Source: Hypanus sabinus
Taxonomy: Eukaryota
DNA length: 64,000 nt
Assembly (NCBI RefSeq): GCF_030144855.1
Contig: NC_082731.1
Coordinates: 25,172,001-25,236,000 of the forward strand
Direction: 5' to 3'
Shown: piece by piece, positions 61,391-64,000 of the stretch
How the letters are laid out: every line of letters begins with the position of its first letter
How positions within the stretch are numbered: the stretch's first letter is position 1
Made by a program: the position numbers and the translations under genes
Notes under the pieces: model-generated
Database searches by the model: none
What the model saw: the letters and a program-made list of their open reading frames with translations, nothing else
What the model was told of the DNA's origin: nothing

Positions 61391-64000
61391 TATTTGCAGT
61401 TCAAGGTGGACTTTCATACGGTACAGTCAGTTACAGAATGGCGACAAAAGAGAATTAAGCTTGGAATTCTGAATCTGCAAGTTAAGTCAGCGCACCCATT
61501 GATGTAAATCTGATTATTTTTGGGACGAGATATAGGTTAGAGCTAGGATTCTCGACATCATAAAGCACACACTGCAGATTAACCCAGCAAGGGAAAACAC
61601 GAATCCACGGCACTGTTTCTGCTGTCTTGATCCTAAGAGGATTAGGTTAGTACAGTTCACATGTTTCAGCTCCTCACTGCTCAATGTACTTGGATGATGC
61701 CGTCTTTCACGATAATGGTAAATTCACGATAGTAAATTGCTATCAGGAAAGAAAAAAATCCCTTTCCAATACAATACCCTCGATTGGACCTTATTCTGCA
61801 GCTGCAAATGGGACCCGCATTCGTTGAGCTTTTAATTTCTAGCACTGTGACTCACTGAGAACCTGGGAATGGTTAACATCTGATACATCAAATACTTCTG
61901 CGTTTAGGTGCATTCCCGGTGGAAGAGGATAAAACAAATCCCTTGGCTTCATTTATATATAACTTTCCGAGTCCAAAGATAAATAAATTGTTTTATATAC
62001 GACTGCATAATACCTGCCAATTTGATTTTATTTGTGCTTTTTCAGGAATTTTGCTCGACTTGAAGCGGACTTCTTGAAGCAAAGAAAAAACAGTGTACCA
62101 TCTGTTAGGGGCACATTAATGAGCTTCCTGTGTTAGAAGGAACAGGTCGATCCGCAGTGAAAGACAGAATTCTTTTTAAATGTCATGACATATTTTGGCA
62201 ATGTATGATGATCAGTCCTGATTAGGTTGAATTACAGTTGGTCTTTGTACCAGCGGGACAAGTGTCGAATCACTATGCGTCATCGAAAAATACTTTGCAT
62301 ACGAAATGAGATTTTGTGATTTTTCTCAGAGCAGTTAGGTACATCAACACCTCACTAATCTCAAGATGTACAAGGAAATATCCCAGAATGATTTAATTTT
62401 CCATTCCTTCAAAATGAGAGGACGATTATAACTAAAGGGGTTTCCTGAATTTTTGTACAGGATACATTTGCAGAGCATGTCACATTTGCTTCAGAGTCTA
62501 AATGACAGAAGCTGTAACATACATCGTGAGTTGAAAGGTAGAAAATCATGAAGGGTAAATCTAGTAGTATTGTCGGTCCCTCATCCTCAAAAATGTACAA
62601 ATAAGGTTAGTTCATTGCACTGATAAACCGTTCCAGGGTACTAAGAATACCGATTATTCATTCACAGAAATGGACTGGGCATTTGAGATTTCAGTGGCCG
62701 TTCGGTTGGCATTAGTCAGAGCCAGGGATGACTCTCACTTTGCTTTCTGCAAACAGATTGACTGTCGTTATGAGCGGGCAGTAATGTCTACGAATTATTC
62801 AAAATCACTGTGCGATGCTAGACTGACAATAAAACGCCTCATCAATTACAGAGTACTCAGAATGTCGGACATGGGAAATGTTGAGTTTTGAAAAAATGCA
62901 ACATGTGAAAAACTGCTGAAAATTGAAAATCAAGTGATAATTGATAAAGGAAACGTAGAAACAATGACAAAGTACTGCACACATGCTGAAAATCAATAAA
63001 ATAATAAGGAGCCCACAGGTCCATATTCGTTTGTTATAGGTTTAATCTGTGTAGGAATGAAAGACAGAACGATATATTTTATTAAGTGTTCCTTCATAGA
63101 AACGTAATATGCTATTAAGTTTTTCTGCAATCTCGTATTTCACAGCAACCATGAAGGAAAAATATTTTCTGTACAGAATGCTGTACAAAATGTTCAGAAT
63201 GATGTACAGAATACATCAGCTAATTTTGCTGCTCTACTGCGTCCAGCGTCTCAAGTTATTCGATAATTATTCTGTACTTGATTAAAATATTCCCGTGGAC
63301 AAACATATTATTTCCAAGTTTTCCTTATTCAACACACCTTTCTTCTTTGAGAACCTGCCAGTATTTTGTGCATGCAGGAACATGCCGGTATTACCTCCAA
63401 GCATTATCAAGAATATTTGTCCGTTTCACGTTAATGAAAACATGCAAAAGCGCATTATCCTTCTTTTGTTGCCGTGCACGCACTTATCAGCAGAAAACAA
63501 ATGGGAAACTATCCTTTAACACTCTCCAGAAGATTTTTTGCGGGTGTCTGAAAATCAGCCTCTGCAGCACTTTTATTGTGGTGTTATCATCAACGTCAGC
63601 ACAGCATATACATGTTATACTGGTACTGAGAGTTGTTTTCTTTCCCCCCTTTTTCTTTTACAGCGGCGCAGGAAGTACCCTCTCCAGAGAAATATCTATG
63701 TCAGTTCGAATTTCAAAGTTGAGAGTGAACTTTTCTTTCAAAGTACATATATACTAAGCAAAATCTAGAGTATAACACTACTCACAGTCAACGAGAGAAA
63801 ACCTAGAGTTCAGAAAACAAACTGTGCAAACGTAAATACAAAATAACTATTAAATAAGAATAGCATGATATATTAAGTCTCAAGGTCTTTAAAGCACGTT
63901 GTTGCTGCCTCTCAATAAACGTGCAGACAATTGTCGTTATCCATTATGTGGAAGAGAGTGATGTCTGTGGGGTAGTAACTGCACTTGGGCATGCTGGGGC

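Noticed and set aside
61843-61849. CACTGTG as a J-type heptamer
   Set aside because: No nonamer at 12 or 23 nt, and no FGxG/GxG-TV motif or donor downstream.
63278-63821. ORFs with TYQQKTNGK / LKIS / HFYCG fragments and a downstream CACAGTC heptamer-like motif
   Set aside because: The fragments lie in different frames with spacing too short for a V domain, and the nonamer is poor; treated as chance.
1-64000. CRISPR arrays, rRNA/tRNA genes, prokaryotic operons
   Set aside because: None seen; the sequence is intron-containing, TE-rich vertebrate DNA, and the only tandem repeats are microsatellites.

Overview
Eukaryotic genomic DNA, most likely from a cartilaginous fish (shark or ray), inferred from the antigen-receptor segments and repeat families. 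The only host-gene content I can support is in the first ~2 kb. A VNAR-like J segment (TYYEDGPGSTVTVTA) with a GT donor is followed, after a 1344-nt intron, by an intact T-cell receptor delta-type V exon with an extra CDR1 cysteine, no functional leader and a 23-bp RSS. This layout matches the 3' half of a doubly rearranging NAR-TCR cassette (NAR-TCR J plus supporting V-delta). Features here that the standard cassette does not explain: a second well-formed 23-RSS directly behind the V RSS enclosing an 8-nt D-like core, a leader-like exon with a dead splice donor, and V-like debris upstream of the J. The remaining ~62 kb is a nest of decayed transposable elements: Tc1, three L1/Tx1-type LINEs (one near full length), several CR1 pieces, PNMA-gag Gypsy, chromodomain (Sushi-like) Gypsy, Gmr1-order Gypsy, BEL/Pao, Rex1-like tails, and a hairpin repeat carrying a degenerate hammerhead-ribozyme core. 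No rRNA, tRNA or CRISPR features were found. TE boundaries are approximate and all family calls come from motif recognition, not database searches.
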